Below, one piece after another: positions 26,304-36,687 of a stretch of 46,996 nt of DNA (within the stretch, counting starts at the first letter, position 1; each line of letters starts with the position of its first letter). The translations under genes were made by a program, and so were the position numbers. The notes under the pieces were generated by a model. That model was not told the origin of the DNA. It searched no databases and worked only from the letters and a program-made list of their open reading frames with translations. The DNA is from Nitrospinales bacterium (GTDB lineage Bacteria > Nitrospinota > Nitrospinia > Nitrospinales > JAJDAT01): NCBI GenBank assembly GCA_046757665.1, contig JBHHYO010000013.1, positions 1 to 46,996 on the forward strand. The letters are read 5' to 3'.

Positions 26304-27608
26304 TTAAAGTTGGCTTAAAAGCTGTTTTTTTCGCTTCTGGTACTCGGACTCGGATATCTTCTTTTGATTTTTCAGCGCTTTGATTTGCTTCAATTTCCTT
26401 TCCATGGTTGACAGGCTCAGGGGTTTTTGTTCGGCGTCTTTTTTGGTTTTTGCTTGCTTGGTTCGTTGCCTGACCGGCTTTTTGGATGAGGCCCGGGCGG
26501 GGGCGCGCTTTCTTTTGACGGCGGGTCTTCTGGCGAGGCGTTTTGTCCTGGCGTTGAGTTTTCTTTTGGAAAGACTGGCGGTTTGCCGAATGCCGTTTCT
26601 GGCGCGCTTCTTTTTCTTGTTGGGATTTTTGAATAGCGTGGTTTGGACATAAGCCGTTTTTTTCAACTCGTCGATCCAGCGCCGGTACCTTTTCTCCAGG
26701 CTCTTGCCCAGGATGATTTGTCTGATCACGTTTTCAGCTTCTTTAAAGGAAAGAGTTTTTCCCGGGATTTTTTCGTCTACTTTTATAATGTGCAGTCCGT
26801 AGGGAGTTTCAACGATAGGGCTTACCTCGCCGGCGGTCAGTTGAAAGGCGGCGTCCTGGAATACCTTGAGCATCTTCCCCTCTTCCAGAACGCCCAGGTC
26901 CCCGCCTTTGGAGGCGGAAACGTCCTCGGAGTAAATTTGCGCCATCTTGTTGAAGTCGGCGCCCAAACGGATTTCCCGAAGAACCTCCTTGGCTTTTTCT
27001 TTTTTCAGTTCCTTTGCGCTTTGGGGCAAATTTTTGTCGAGAATGAACATGATGTGGCGGGCGTGGATTTTGGTGGGAGTTTTAAAATCTTTCAGGTGGG
27101 TTCGGTAGTATTTCTTTAACTGTTTTTTCCCGATTCGCACACGGTTTTTGAACTGTGTTTTCCTGACCTGGGAGAGCATGATCTGGTCGCGGATCCGATT
27201 CTTGTAGGCCTCGAAGGTGACGCCTTCGTGCGCGAGCATTTGCTCCAGGGCTTCGTCGCTTAAATGGTTCTGCGCCTGGATTCCCTTGACGGCTTTATCG
27301 ACTTGCGCTTCATCGACTTGCAGTTTCTTCTTTTTGCCCTCCTGAATCAGCAGTTTTTCCTCGATGAACAAATCCAGGGCTTGTTGCATGAATTCGTTTC
27401 TGGAAGGGACTGCGGAGGGATCGCCTTTCCATCGGTTGTGCAATGCGGCGGCCCGCTCCTCCACCTCGCTGTATGTGATGATGCTGTCGTTGACTTTGCC
27501 GACAATCCGGTCAACGGTCTCCGTCCCGGCGGAAAGAGTTGCCGCCCACCCCAGAAGGATGAAAACGCCGGCGGCGAGGATATTAGTTGATTTGCGCGAA
27601 ATTCTCAT
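26304..27608 (-). CDS. SurA-like periplasmic chaperone/parvulin PPIase with a basic C-terminal extension
   Basis: Signal peptide, VDRIVGKVNDSIIT, HARHI, YSED..ASKGGDLG, TPYGLHIIKV. Confidence 0.88.
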   Translation of the reverse strand: MRISRKSTNILAAGVFILLGWAATLSAGTETVDRIVGKVNDSIITYSEVEERAAALHNRWKGDPSAVPSRNEFMQQALDLFIEEKLLIQEGKKKKLQVDEAQVDKAVKGIQAQNHLSDEALEQMLAHEGVTFEAYKNRIRDQIMLSQVRKTQFKNRVRIGKKQLKKYYRTHLKDFKTPTKIHARHIMFILDKNLPQSAKELKKEKAKEVLREIRLGADFNKMAQIYSEDVSASKGGDLGVLEEGKMLKVFQDAAFQLTAGEVSPIVETPYGLHIIKVDEKIPGKTLSFKEAENVIRQIILGKSLEKRYRRWIDELKKTAYVQTTLFKNPNKKKKRARNGIRQTASLSKRKLNARTKRLARRPAVKRKRAPARASSKKPVRQRTKQAKTKKDAEQKPLSLSTMERKLKQIKALKNQKKISESEYQKRKKQLLSQL

Positions 27609-28569
27609 GGTTGATTTCGATACGGGCGTGGTCGCGGATTTGCTTTGCCCATTTGCGGAAGACGTCTTCCTGACGTTGTTGCAACAGCTTGGCGCGGATC
27701 AGTTTTTTGGATTCCTCGAAACTCATGATACGTTCGGGTTTTTTGTCGACCATCTTGAAGATGTGAAACCCGTAAGGTGTGCGGATGATATCGCTCACCT
27801 TTCCCGGTTTTAACTTGAAAACGCCGTCAAACTCTTCCGGCATTTGCCCGGCTTCGAAGTATCCCAAGTCTCCTCCCTGGGTCCCTTCCGGTCCCTGGGA
27901 GTACTCAATAGCGAGGTCGGAAAAGCGCGTGCCGCGGGTTTCCAGGCGCTTGAGAATGTTGCGGGCTTCTTCCTCGGTGGTTACCATGATATGGAGAGCC
28001 CGGACCTGCTCCGGTTTGTGGAATTCCTTGGGATGACTCTCAAAGTACTCTGCCACTTCATTTTCGGCCACAATCACTTTACTATTGACCACCGTGGTAA
28101 TCAAATTTTTTATCAACAGGTTGTTTTTCAGCTTGTTTTTCCAGTCGCCCGGGTCGATGTTCTCCAGCTCAAAAATTTGTTTGAAAGAATTTTTGCGGTA
28201 ACCGCTTTTTGCCTCACTCAGGGCCTGCTGAAGTTGCTCTTCACTGACATGGATGTTGTGCTTCCTGGCTTCCTGCTCGAACAAAAAGGTTTGCACCAAT
28301 TGATTCAGCGTCTTGGTTTTGAGGAGCAGTAGCTCCTCCGGCCTGGAAGAACCCTGGTTTTGGACGCGGTATTTTTGCTTCATGAGTTTCAGTTCTTTTT
28401 TGAATGTCCCGACGAGAATTTTTTCGCCATTGACGACGGCCACCACGGTGTCGTCGCGGATGCCGTCCCGGGAAGATGCGGAGTCGGAGCAACCCCCGAG
28501 AGAAAACGCGAACAAAAAAACAACAATCACGCATCGCCGGACAGCCGGCATCCTGGTTTTAATTCGCAT
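27583..28569 (-). CDS. Parvulin-type PPIase/foldase lipoprotein (PrsA/SurA-like)
   Basis: Lipobox LGGC, VVAVVNGEKI, VRALHI, GGDLGYF, TPYGFHIF. Confidence 0.88.
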   Translation of the reverse strand: MRIKTRMPAVRRCVIVVFLFAFSLGGCSDSASSRDGIRDDTVVAVVNGEKILVGTFKKELKLMKQKYRVQNQGSSRPEELLLLKTKTLNQLVQTFLFEQEARKHNIHVSEEQLQQALSEAKSGYRKNSFKQIFELENIDPGDWKNKLKNNLLIKNLITTVVNSKVIVAENEVAEYFESHPKEFHKPEQVRALHIMVTTEEEARNILKRLETRGTRFSDLAIEYSQGPEGTQGGDLGYFEAGQMPEEFDGVFKLKPGKVSDIIRTPYGFHIFKMVDKKPERIMSFEESKKLIRAKLLQQRQEDVFRKWAKQIRDHARIEINHENFAQIN

Positions 28570-31500
28570 CGCAAGCGCTCAGTAGTTGCTGTAAATAGTA
28601 TTTGACGACTTCCGTGTCGTTCCGCCAGTTTTGCCTTTTTGTCGTCAGGGCGATTTGGTTTTCCGAGACCAGGCGCAGTTGGTCGTCAAGAAGCCCGGTG
28701 AGCTTTCTGGAGGAGATGGGCGTGGTGGTTTCGATGGTCAGGTAAACGCCGTCCCTTCTCAGGTCCGCCCGGGATATATGCAGTTTTTGGCACAGGATTT
28801 TTATTTCCAAAAGACGCAGTAATTTTTCCACCGGTTCCGGGAGACTGCCGTACCGGTCAAGCAATTCGTTTTTGATGGAGTCGATATATTCCGGGTCGCT
28901 GACCAGATAAAGCCGTCGATAAATTTCCAGCCGTTGATTGAGGTCGGGGATATAATCTTTCGGAATAAATCCCTTCATCATGAAATTGATCTCGGGTTCA
29001 ATGTTGTGCTCGACCTTTTCGCCCTTCAGTTCTTTTACGGTATCTTCAATCAACTTGCAATAAAGCTCGAACCCGACGGCGTTGATGTGCCCGGATTGCC
29101 GGTGTCCCAGCATGTTGCCCGTTCCCCGGATTTCCAAGTCCCTTGCGGCAAGCTGGAATCCGGAGCCCAGTTCCACCATTTCCTCGATGGCGGTCAGGCG
29201 CTTGTGCGCCTGGGTTGAAATGGCCCCGGCGCCGGGAATCAGGAAATAGGCGTACGCCTGGTGCTTGTACCGTCCGACCCTGCCGCGCAGTTGGTAGAGT
29301 TGGGCCAATCCGAACTGGTCGGCCCGGTTGACGATGATCGTGTTCGCGGTGGGGATGTCGAGACCGGATTCGATAATCGACGTGGACAAAAGAATGTCGA
29401 TTTCCTTGTTGATGAACTTTTTCATAACGTCTTCCAGCTCTTTTTCCGGCATTTGTCCATGGCCGATTCCCAGTCTGGCCTGGGGGACGATCTTGCCGAT
29501 CATTTCCGCCACGGAATGGATGCCGCGAACCTTGTTGTGGACGAAAAAAATCTGCCCGCCGCGCTCGATCTCCCGCAATATCGCCTCGCGAATGATGTCC
29601 TCATCAAATCGTTTCACGTAGGTTTTGATGGACAGACGGTCCTCCGGCGGCGTTTCGATAACGCTCAGATCGCGTACGCCCATTAAGGAGAAGTGCAGGG
29701 TTCTGGGAATCGGGGTTGCGGTCAGGGTCAAAATGTCCAGGGTGGCGCGCAGTTGTTTCAGTTTCTCTTTGTGCTTGACGCCGAAACGCTGTTCCTCATC
29801 AATGATGATCAGTCCCAAATCGGCAAATCGCACGTCGTTGGAGAGCAGGCGATGAGTTCCGATGACGATGTCCACTTGTCCGTTTTTCAGTTTTTCGAGG
29901 GTTTGCCTTTGCTGTCGGGGAGTGCGAAACCGGCAAACCATGTCGATGGTTATGGGGTATTCGCGAAACCGTTCTTGAAAAGTCAGAAAGTGTTGCTGTG
30001 CCAGAATGGTTGTGGGCACCAGGACGGCCACTTGTTTTTTGTCCAGAACAACCTGAAACGCGGCGCGCATGGCCACCTCGGTTTTTCCGAATCCGACGTC
30101 CCCGCAAACCAGCCGGTCCATGGGTTTCGGTTTTTCCAGGTCCTCCAGCACGTCTTCAATCGCCTTTATCTGGTCGTCGGTTTCGACAAATTCGAAGGAA
30201 TCGGCGAATTCCTGTAGCCAGACGGGATTGGAGGAAAAACCGTGGCCCTCGACAATTTCCCGTTTGGCATAGAGTTTGAGAAGTTCACCGGCCATTTCGC
30301 GGATGGATTTTTTGACCTTGTCCCTTTGCCGTTTCCAGGCGACGCTACCCAGCTTGTCCAGTGGCGGCGGTTGGTCGTCGTTGCCGATAAATTTTTGGAT
30401 GAAGGCGAGACCGTCCATGGGCAGGTACAGTTTTTCGTCGTCGGCGTAGTGGATTTCCAGAAACTCCCCGCCGCCTTCCCCGGTTGACAGTTCGCGGTTG
30501 CCGGCGTATTTGCCGATGCCGTAATCGATGTGCACCAGAAAATCGCCAGGTTTCAGGTCCTTGAAGCCGCGCTGGAAACTCATGGACTTGGGCTTTCGGC
30601 GGTAACGGTGCTTGTGACTGCGTCCGAATATTTCATGCTCGGCGACGAAGACCTGCTTGCCGGCCGGGAATTTAAATCCGGAGTGGATGCTTCCCTGCTC
30701 CACGTTGAGGGCCAGCTCGCTCCGCTCGAGAAGTTCGTGCACGCGCGAAACGTGTCCCCTGGTTGGGGCTACAACCGTTATTTCGAAATCCTGGCGCAAC
30801 CAATCGCGCGCGCGGTCGGCGAAGGCGTCGAATTTTCCCAGCATGGGGGGAATGGAACTCACGTCGTAATGGAACACATTGTTGCCGTTCTCGAACAGTT
30901 TGAGGGAATTCAGGCGCAGTGTTTTTTTGCGTGCCAGGCGGCCGGCAAACTGTTCGGTGTTCAAGTAAAGGTCGTCGGGTTCGGCGGCCACGTCGCCGCG
31001 TTCCCGGGCGCGCTCATACTCCGCGAGAATGAGCTCCTGGTGCTTCTCGATTTTCGTGTTGATGATTTCCTCTTCGTCCAGGACGATCAGCGTTCCCTCC
31101 GGCAGATAGTCGAACAGGGTCTCTTTTTCCGAATAGAAGAAAGGCATCAGCTTTTCGATACCGGCGAAGTTTCCGAGGTTGCGGATGCGCTCCACGCACT
31201 CCTCCAGCCGGCGGGGGTTGACGCCGCCCGTTTTGCCGGGCGCGAGGATGTTTGCGATGCCGCGTTCCCGGCGCTCCCGGTCCAGGCAGAGTTCCCGAAC
31301 CGGCAAGACGACGAGGCTCTTGAATTCCCGGATAGACCCCTGGGAGCCGATGTCGAACCATCGCAGGGACTCGACCTCGTCGCCGAAAAACTCGATTCGC
31401 GCCGGGTTCTCGTGGGCGGGCACAAAGATGTCCAGAATGTCGCCGCGGATGCTGAACTGGCCGCGTTCCTCCACCATGCCGGCGCGCGTATAACCGGCGT

Positions 31501-32002
31501 CGATCAGGCAGGTTTCCACAATTTCCCGGTCCAGGTCGTCGCCCTTTTGAATGGTGAACAGGAATGTCTCAAGCGCCTGTCGCGGCATGACGTATTGCAG
31601 GACCGCTTCCACCGGAGCGATAAGGAAAGAGCACTCGCCCTTGGACAATTGATTGAGAATGCTCAACCGCTCGCCGGAAATTTCCCGCAGTGGAGACAGG
31701 TCTTCGTAGGGCAGTAGTTCGCAGGAAGGGAAAAAGTGCGGCGAGAATTTGAATTTCTCATGCTTGATGAAGTATTGAATGTCGCCCAGCAATGATTCGC
31801 CGGTGTTTTGCCCGGCGGTAAGGACCAGAATGGGACGGGACGCCGCATTGCGGAGGTTGGCTAAAAATAACGCCCGCGAAGAACCGGTCAGGCCTTCTAC
31901 GGAAACCGGAGAAGCGGAACCCTCCCGGTTGCCGAGGATCGATTGCAGTGCCTCGGAAAATGGGGCCGGGCGGGAACGCGGCGGATGCGCGGTATGTTTC
32001 AT
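28559..32002 (-). CDS. mfd: Transcription-repair coupling factor
   Basis: UvrB-like N-terminus, VHIDYGIGKY, GDVGFGKTEVA, DEEQRFG, TATPIPRT, QLRGRVGR, TRCF C-terminus; start ATG 32002 assumed (ORF open to 32050). Confidence 0.97.
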   Translation of the reverse strand: MKHTAHPPRSRPAPFSEALQSILGNREGSASPVSVEGLTGSSRALFLANLRNAASRPILVLTAGQNTGESLLGDIQYFIKHEKFKFSPHFFPSCELLPYEDLSPLREISGERLSILNQLSKGECSFLIAPVEAVLQYVMPRQALETFLFTIQKGDDLDREIVETCLIDAGYTRAGMVEERGQFSIRGDILDIFVPAHENPARIEFFGDEVESLRWFDIGSQGSIREFKSLVVLPVRELCLDRERRERGIANILAPGKTGGVNPRRLEECVERIRNLGNFAGIEKLMPFFYSEKETLFDYLPEGTLIVLDEEEIINTKIEKHQELILAEYERARERGDVAAEPDDLYLNTEQFAGRLARKKTLRLNSLKLFENGNNVFHYDVSSIPPMLGKFDAFADRARDWLRQDFEITVVAPTRGHVSRVHELLERSELALNVEQGSIHSGFKFPAGKQVFVAEHEIFGRSHKHRYRRKPKSMSFQRGFKDLKPGDFLVHIDYGIGKYAGNRELSTGEGGGEFLEIHYADDEKLYLPMDGLAFIQKFIGNDDQPPPLDKLGSVAWKRQRDKVKKSIREMAGELLKLYAKREIVEGHGFSSNPVWLQEFADSFEFVETDDQIKAIEDVLEDLEKPKPMDRLVCGDVGFGKTEVAMRAAFQVVLDKKQVAVLVPTTILAQQHFLTFQERFREYPITIDMVCRFRTPRQQRQTLEKLKNGQVDIVIGTHRLLSNDVRFADLGLIIIDEEQRFGVKHKEKLKQLRATLDILTLTATPIPRTLHFSLMGVRDLSVIETPPEDRLSIKTYVKRFDEDIIREAILREIERGGQIFFVHNKVRGIHSVAEMIGKIVPQARLGIGHGQMPEKELEDVMKKFINKEIDILLSTSIIESGLDIPTANTIIVNRADQFGLAQLYQLRGRVGRYKHQAYAYFLIPGAGAISTQAHKRLTAIEEMVELGSGFQLAARDLEIRGTGNMLGHRQSGHINAVGFELYCKLIEDTVKELKGEKVEHNIEPEINFMMKGFIPKDYIPDLNQRLEIYRRLYLVSDPEYIDSIKNELLDRYGSLPEPVEKLLRLLEIKILCQKLHISRADLRRDGVYLTIETTTPISSRKLTGLLDDQLRLVSENQIALTTKRQNWRNDTEVVKYYLQQLLSACDAN

Positions 32003-32019
32003 GGGAGCGGGGGAGGGCG

Positions 32020-32388
32020 TCAAGTTTTGTCGGCAATCAAATGTTTCCATTTCGGCTCTCCCTCGGGCTTGTAATTCACCGTCACCACAAAAGAAGGCCC
32101 TTCATAAAAATTCAATTTAAAGTTTCCCCCCCCGAATCGTTGCAGAATGTAACCTTCCACATTGTCGCGGAATCGGTCGAATTCATCCAGCGAAATTTTG
32201 GCGATCTCGTGGAAGACCACGCTCACTCCCTTGTTGACTCCCACGAGAAGGGTGAAATTCAACCGGCCGTATATTTCCCGGAACCGTTGGTCGAGTTCTT
32301 CCCGGCTGGGCTCGTGTTTCAACTCGCGGCGGAGTTTCGGTTTGTAATAATCCCGTAGCGCTTTTTTTACCCACTCGATGTTTTCCAT
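32020..32388 (-). CDS. Hypothetical protein
   Basis: 122-aa ORF heading the mfd operon, protein-like composition. Confidence 0.7.
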   Translation of the reverse strand: MENIEWVKKALRDYYKPKLRRELKHEPSREELDQRFREIYGRLNFTLLVGVNKGVSVVFHEIAKISLDEFDRFRDNVEGYILQRFGGGNFKLNFYEGPSFVVTVNYKPEGEPKWKHLIADKT

Positions 32389-32484
32389 GAAACCTGGTCG
32401 GATTGAACGTTGATGATTGGGAAAAGATTGTCTAAACTCTATGAATCATGTCAATCGTCGAAAGCCTTTTCCTCGTAACCGCGC

Positions 32485-33357
32485 ATGTCCGGTAATCGTA
32501 ATATTACTATTGGCCTGGCGCAGATGACGCACCGGGGCGAAGAGAACCTGGACCATGCCGTCCGCCTCATCCGCGAGGCTTGCGGACGCGGCGCCCGGAT
32601 TGTCTGTCTCCAGGAGCTGTTTCGCGGGGCCTATTTCTGCCAGCGGGAAGACGCGCAATACTTTTCCCTGGCCGAGGAAATTCCCGGTCCCACGACGGCC
32701 AAACTGTGTCCGCTGGCCGCCGAACTGGAAATCGTCATCATTGCTCCGCTGTTTGAAAAACGCGCCGAGGGAATTTATCACAATACGGCGGTTGTTATCG
32801 ACGCCGACGGTACGATTGCCGGCAGGTACCGCAAGATGCACATTCCCGACGACCCCTGTTTTTACGAAAAGTTTTATTTTACACCCGGCGACACGGGATT
32901 TGAAAGTTTCCCGACCCGGTATGGCAGGGTCGGCGTGCTTATTTGCTGGGACCAGTGGTTCCCGGAGGCCGCCCGGCTGTGCGCTCTCTCCGGCGCGCAG
33001 TTTCTATTTTATCCCACGGCCATCGGTTTTCAAAATGCCGACGCCGGGGAGGCGCAAAAGCAACACGCCGCCTGGGAAACCATGCAGAGAAGCCATGCCA
33101 TCGCCAATGGAGTTTTCGTCGCCGCGGTCAACCGCGCCGGCCGGGAGGACGCCTTGACGTTTTGGGGACAGTCTTTTGTCTGCGATCCGTTCGGCGAAGT
33201 GATCGCCCGCGCCGCGGAGGACCGGGAAGAACTTCTCATCGCCGAATGCGACCTTTCGCAAATCGAGGAAACCCGCCGCAGTTGGCCTTTCTTCCGCGAC
33301 CGGCGGACGGACGCCTACCAGGGGCTGACGCGGATATACCTGGATCGAAATGAGTGA
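32485..33357 (+). CDS. aguB: N-carbamoylputrescine amidase (carbon-nitrogen hydrolase)
   Basis: Glu-Lys-Cys triad LQELF / YRKMHIPDDP / ICWDQWFPE; overlaps the agmatine deiminase gene. Confidence 0.88.
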   Translation: MSGNRNITIGLAQMTHRGEENLDHAVRLIREACGRGARIVCLQELFRGAYFCQREDAQYFSLAEEIPGPTTAKLCPLAAELEIVIIAPLFEKRAEGIYHNTAVVIDADGTIAGRYRKMHIPDDPCFYEKFYFTPGDTGFESFPTRYGRVGVLICWDQWFPEAARLCALSGAQFLFYPTAIGFQNADAGEAQKQHAAWETMQRSHAIANGVFVAAVNRAGREDALTFWGQSFVCDPFGEVIARAAEDREELLIAECDLSQIEETRRSWPFFRDRRTDAYQGLTRIYLDRNE

Positions 33358-34384
33358 GACTCCCGCCGCCCTGGGGTACCGAATGCCCGCCGAGTGGGAA
33401 CCGCATTCCGCCACCTGGCTGACCTGGCCGCATGACCGGGATTACTGGCCGGATATGCGGGCCATGGAATCGCTGTATGTTGCCATGATCGACGCGCTGG
33501 CGGAAGGGGAATCGATTCACCTTCTGGTGAACGATAACACCCTGGCACAATCGGTGGTCGAAAAGCTGTCCCGGGAAAACCGCGACCGGGTGGAACTTCA
33601 CCTGGTCCCCACCAATGACATTTGGATCAGGGATTACGGGCCGAACTTTCTTTCAGCCGATGCCGGCGGCGGGCGAAAAAAACTCGCCTGCAACCGGTGG
33701 CTCTTCAATGCCTGGGGCGGAAAATACGACATGCGGGATGATGCCCGTGCCGCCCGGATTCTTGCCGGCCGGGCCGGGTGGCCCACCTTTCAACCGGACA
33801 TGGTTCTGGAGGGCGGGGCTATCGAAGTCAACGGCAAGGGAACCTGTCTGACCACGGAGCAGTGCCTCCTCAACCCAAACCGCAATACCGGCTTGACCCG
33901 CGAGCAAGTGGAGCGCCGCTTGAGCGATTTCCTCGGCGTCCGGAAAATCATCTGGTGCAAAGGTGGAATCCGGGGCGACGATACGGACGGACATATCGAC
34001 AACCTGGCGCGGTTTGTCAATTCCAATACGGTTCTCTGCGCCTGGGAGGAGGATGAAGCCGACGCCAATTATGCGAACCTGAAAGAAAATTGCGAGATTT
34101 TGTGCCGGGCCGAAGACCAGGACGGCAACCCGCTCAACGTGGTCCGGCTACCGATGCCGGGATATGTGGGTGACGGTCAAACCCGCTGGCCCGCCAGTTA
34201 CGCGAATTTTTATATCGGCAACCGGGCGGTCCTGGTGCCCATTTATAATCATGCCAATGACCGGGCGGCGATGGATTTAATCGGCGGGTTTTTCCCGGAC
34301 CGCCGGGTCGTCGGCATCCCGGCCCGCACTTTGATTACCGGTCAGGGCGGGATTCACTGCATCACCCAGCAACAGCCGGGGTGA
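33350..34384 (+). CDS. aguA: Agmatine deiminase
   Basis: MPAEWEPH, DIWIRDYGP, LEGGAI, DTDGHIDN, SYANFY, GGIHCITQQQP. Confidence 0.94.
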   Translation: MSETPAALGYRMPAEWEPHSATWLTWPHDRDYWPDMRAMESLYVAMIDALAEGESIHLLVNDNTLAQSVVEKLSRENRDRVELHLVPTNDIWIRDYGPNFLSADAGGGRKKLACNRWLFNAWGGKYDMRDDARAARILAGRAGWPTFQPDMVLEGGAIEVNGKGTCLTTEQCLLNPNRNTGLTREQVERRLSDFLGVRKIIWCKGGIRGDDTDGHIDNLARFVNSNTVLCAWEEDEADANYANLKENCEILCRAEDQDGNPLNVVRLPMPGYVGDGQTRWPASYANFYIGNRAVLVPIYNHANDRAAMDLIGGFFPDRRVVGIPARTLITGQGGIHCITQQQPG

Positions 34385-34406
34385 TGACAGAATTTTCGGC
34401 TGTTTT

Positions 34407-34808
34407 TTAATATTGTTTTTCGTACCGTTGATCGTCGCCGTCGGCGGGGGATTGATGTTTTTGCCAATAGGTATCGGCGGCGGGATCGAATTTGCGCTCC
34501 ATCGGGTCCTTGCGGATAACCCAGAAAACGAACCGCACCAGGGAGAAGAACGTCAGGTAAACAAATCCGAGGATGAGCTTTGCGTTGAACCTGCCAATGG
34601 CATCGGCGAATTTCATCCACCGTTTGTGAACGCCGCGCAGTTTTTCGGGAGCTGTCAGGGCGGCGGTGATAAAAGCAAGAGCCAGGGCGCCGGTGAAAAA
34701 CGGCGCGGTTTCCAGTTCCTTGTAAACCAGCACCGACGTGATCACGGAAAACACGCCGCCCATCAGCAGGCCAAAGGATTTTAAAATCTTTGTTGGTGGA
34801 TTGTTCAA
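34407..34808 (-). CDS. SxtJ-family membrane protein
   Basis: LKSFGL, TM helices, WMKFA..IG.FN...ILG.VY, RKDPM.RK...TYW, ..EKQY C-terminus; TTG start with GGAG RBS. Confidence 0.75.
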   Translation of the reverse strand: MNNPPTKILKSFGLLMGGVFSVITSVLVYKELETAPFFTGALALAFITAALTAPEKLRGVHKRWMKFADAIGRFNAKLILGFVYLTFFSLVRFVFWVIRKDPMERKFDPAADTYWQKHQSPADGDDQRYEKQY

Positions 34809-34880
34809 GAAAACCGTCTCCGTAATAAATGTTTGCCGTTATGCCCGCCATGCGGCAAATGTGCGGCGAACCTCCGGGGT

Positions 34881-35618
34881 TCAGCTATTCGCGTAAGTTT
34901 CGCGGGCCACCGCCTCGTCAAATTCACCGGGCGGGCCGTCGAAGATTTTCCCGCCGTTTTTTAGAGCGATTATACGGGAAGCGTACTGTTTCCCCAAATC
35001 CGGGATATGCAGGTTGCAGACAATGGTGACGCCGTCTTGTTCATTGATCCGTTTTAAAATATCCAGGATCGTTGTGGCCATGGCCGGGTCGAGGCTGGAG
35101 ACCGGTTCGTCGGCCAGGATCAGGCTGGGTTCCTGCATCAAGGCCCGGGCGATGCCGACCCGTTGTTGCTGGCCGCCGCTCAGGGTGTCGGCGCGCCGGT
35201 GAGCGGTGTCCGCAATCCCCAGACGCTCCAGGTTTTGCGCGGCGCGATGAACGTCCCGGCGGGAAAAATGGTTGACCAGCCCCGCCCAGGAAGAGGTGTA
35301 ACCCAGGCGTCCGCATAAAACGTTGGTGAGGACGGAACAGCGTTTGACAAGATTGTAATTCTGGAAAATCATGGCGATTTTTCTTCGGCGAATACGCAGG
35401 TCGTGGGCGTTGGCGCCGGTAATCTCCCGTCCCCGGAACACGATCCGTCCGCCGCTGGGCTCCACCAGCCGGTTGATGCAACGGAGCAGGGACGATTTTC
35501 CCGCTCCGCTTTTCCCCAGAACCACCACAAACTCGCCGCCTGCGACCTCAAAAGAAATTTCGTCCAGGGCGCGGGCTCCATTCGGGTAAATTTTAGCAAG
35601 CTTTTGTACTTGTAACAT
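34881..35618 (-). CDS. phnC: Phosphonate/phosphite ABC transporter ATP-binding protein
   Basis: [52 protein letters not shown]. Confidence 0.9.
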   Translation of the reverse strand: MLQVQKLAKIYPNGARALDEISFEVAGGEFVVVLGKSGAGKSSLLRCINRLVEPSGGRIVFRGREITGANAHDLRIRRRKIAMIFQNYNLVKRCSVLTNVLCGRLGYTSSWAGLVNHFSRRDVHRAAQNLERLGIADTAHRRADTLSGGQQQRVGIARALMQEPSLILADEPVSSLDPAMATTILDILKRINEQDGVTIVCNLHIPDLGKQYASRIIALKNGGKIFDGPPGEFDEAVARETYANS

Positions 35619-35624
35619 AAAGGG

Positions 35625-36542
35625 TTATTTTATTTTTTCCGGGTTCAATTTCAGAAGATGCCACGCCTGGCGGACCGGGTCGAAAAAGGCGTCGAAATCC
35701 ATGAGGCCGCTGATGCCGTAAACCTTTTTCAAGACGCGGCCGCCCCGCGGCGACTTGGAAATCTCGATCAACCCCTTCTTGACCTTTTGCCTGATCGCGG
35801 AATCGAGGCCTTTGCGGGCGCAAACCGTGTCGTTGGGAATTTCCTGGGTGTAGGCGATGACCTTTACTTTTTCAAAGACTTGCGGGAAGTTTCCGGCGAT
35901 GGCCGAGCGGGCGTCGTCATAAGTTGCGCCGGCATCCACCTCGCTCTTCATAACGGAAAGTATGACGGCGTTATGCGAGCCCGCAAAAACGGATTTGGAA
36001 AAAAACGTCCGCGGGTCATAGCCGCGGGAAGCAATGAGGGTTTTCGGGAATATGTGCCCCGAGGTGGAAACCGGATCGACAAAGGCGAATGTCTTGCCCC
36101 GCAACTCCTTCAGGGAATGGATGTTGCTTTTCGCGTTGACCACGATTTGTCCCCGATAAAAGGGACTGCCGAACCGGGAGACAATCAGGAGAAGGTCCAC
36201 GTCGTATTTTTCCCTGGCGAGGACGTAACTGAAAGTGGCCAGCCAGCCGATGTCCACCTTCCCCGCCCCCATGGCCTCGACAGCCGCCGCATAGCTGGTT
36301 GCCACGGCAGTCTTGAAGTGCAGGCCCGTCCGCTCCTGCAACAGGCGGGCGATTTCGGTTCCACCTTCGAGGATAACCTGGGCGTCGCCGGAGGGCACAA
36401 AAATCATGCGCAGGGGATTGTCCGGGCTTCCACGGGGGGCAACTCCCCGGTCCGCCAGGGCCAGGGAGCTGCAAAAAACGACGGCCGCAAAAACAATGGC
36501 CGGGACATACTCCAGGACTTTAGAAGAAAACAACCGGTTCAT
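35625..36542 (-). CDS. phnD: Phosphate/phosphite/phosphonate ABC transporter substrate-binding protein
   Basis: Signal peptide, SYAAAVEAM, FVDPVSTSGH, FAGSHN, IPND. Confidence 0.88.
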   Translation of the reverse strand: MNRLFSSKVLEYVPAIVFAAVVFCSSLALADRGVAPRGSPDNPLRMIFVPSGDAQVILEGGTEIARLLQERTGLHFKTAVATSYAAAVEAMGAGKVDIGWLATFSYVLAREKYDVDLLLIVSRFGSPFYRGQIVVNAKSNIHSLKELRGKTFAFVDPVSTSGHIFPKTLIASRGYDPRTFFSKSVFAGSHNAVILSVMKSEVDAGATYDDARSAIAGNFPQVFEKVKVIAYTQEIPNDTVCARKGLDSAIRQKVKKGLIEISKSPRGGRVLKKVYGISGLMDFDAFFDPVRQAWHLLKLNPEKIK

Positions 36543-36687
36543 TTTTTTCCTTGGGCGAGCGGCCAGTTCAATGGCATAATACCAAAAATTTCAATCGGTT
36601 TGCGCGCCAGCGTGTTTTTTTCACAAAAAAGGGCAAAGCGCGGAAACGCTTTGCCCTTCATTATAAGGAAAAAATGGGTTACTGCGG

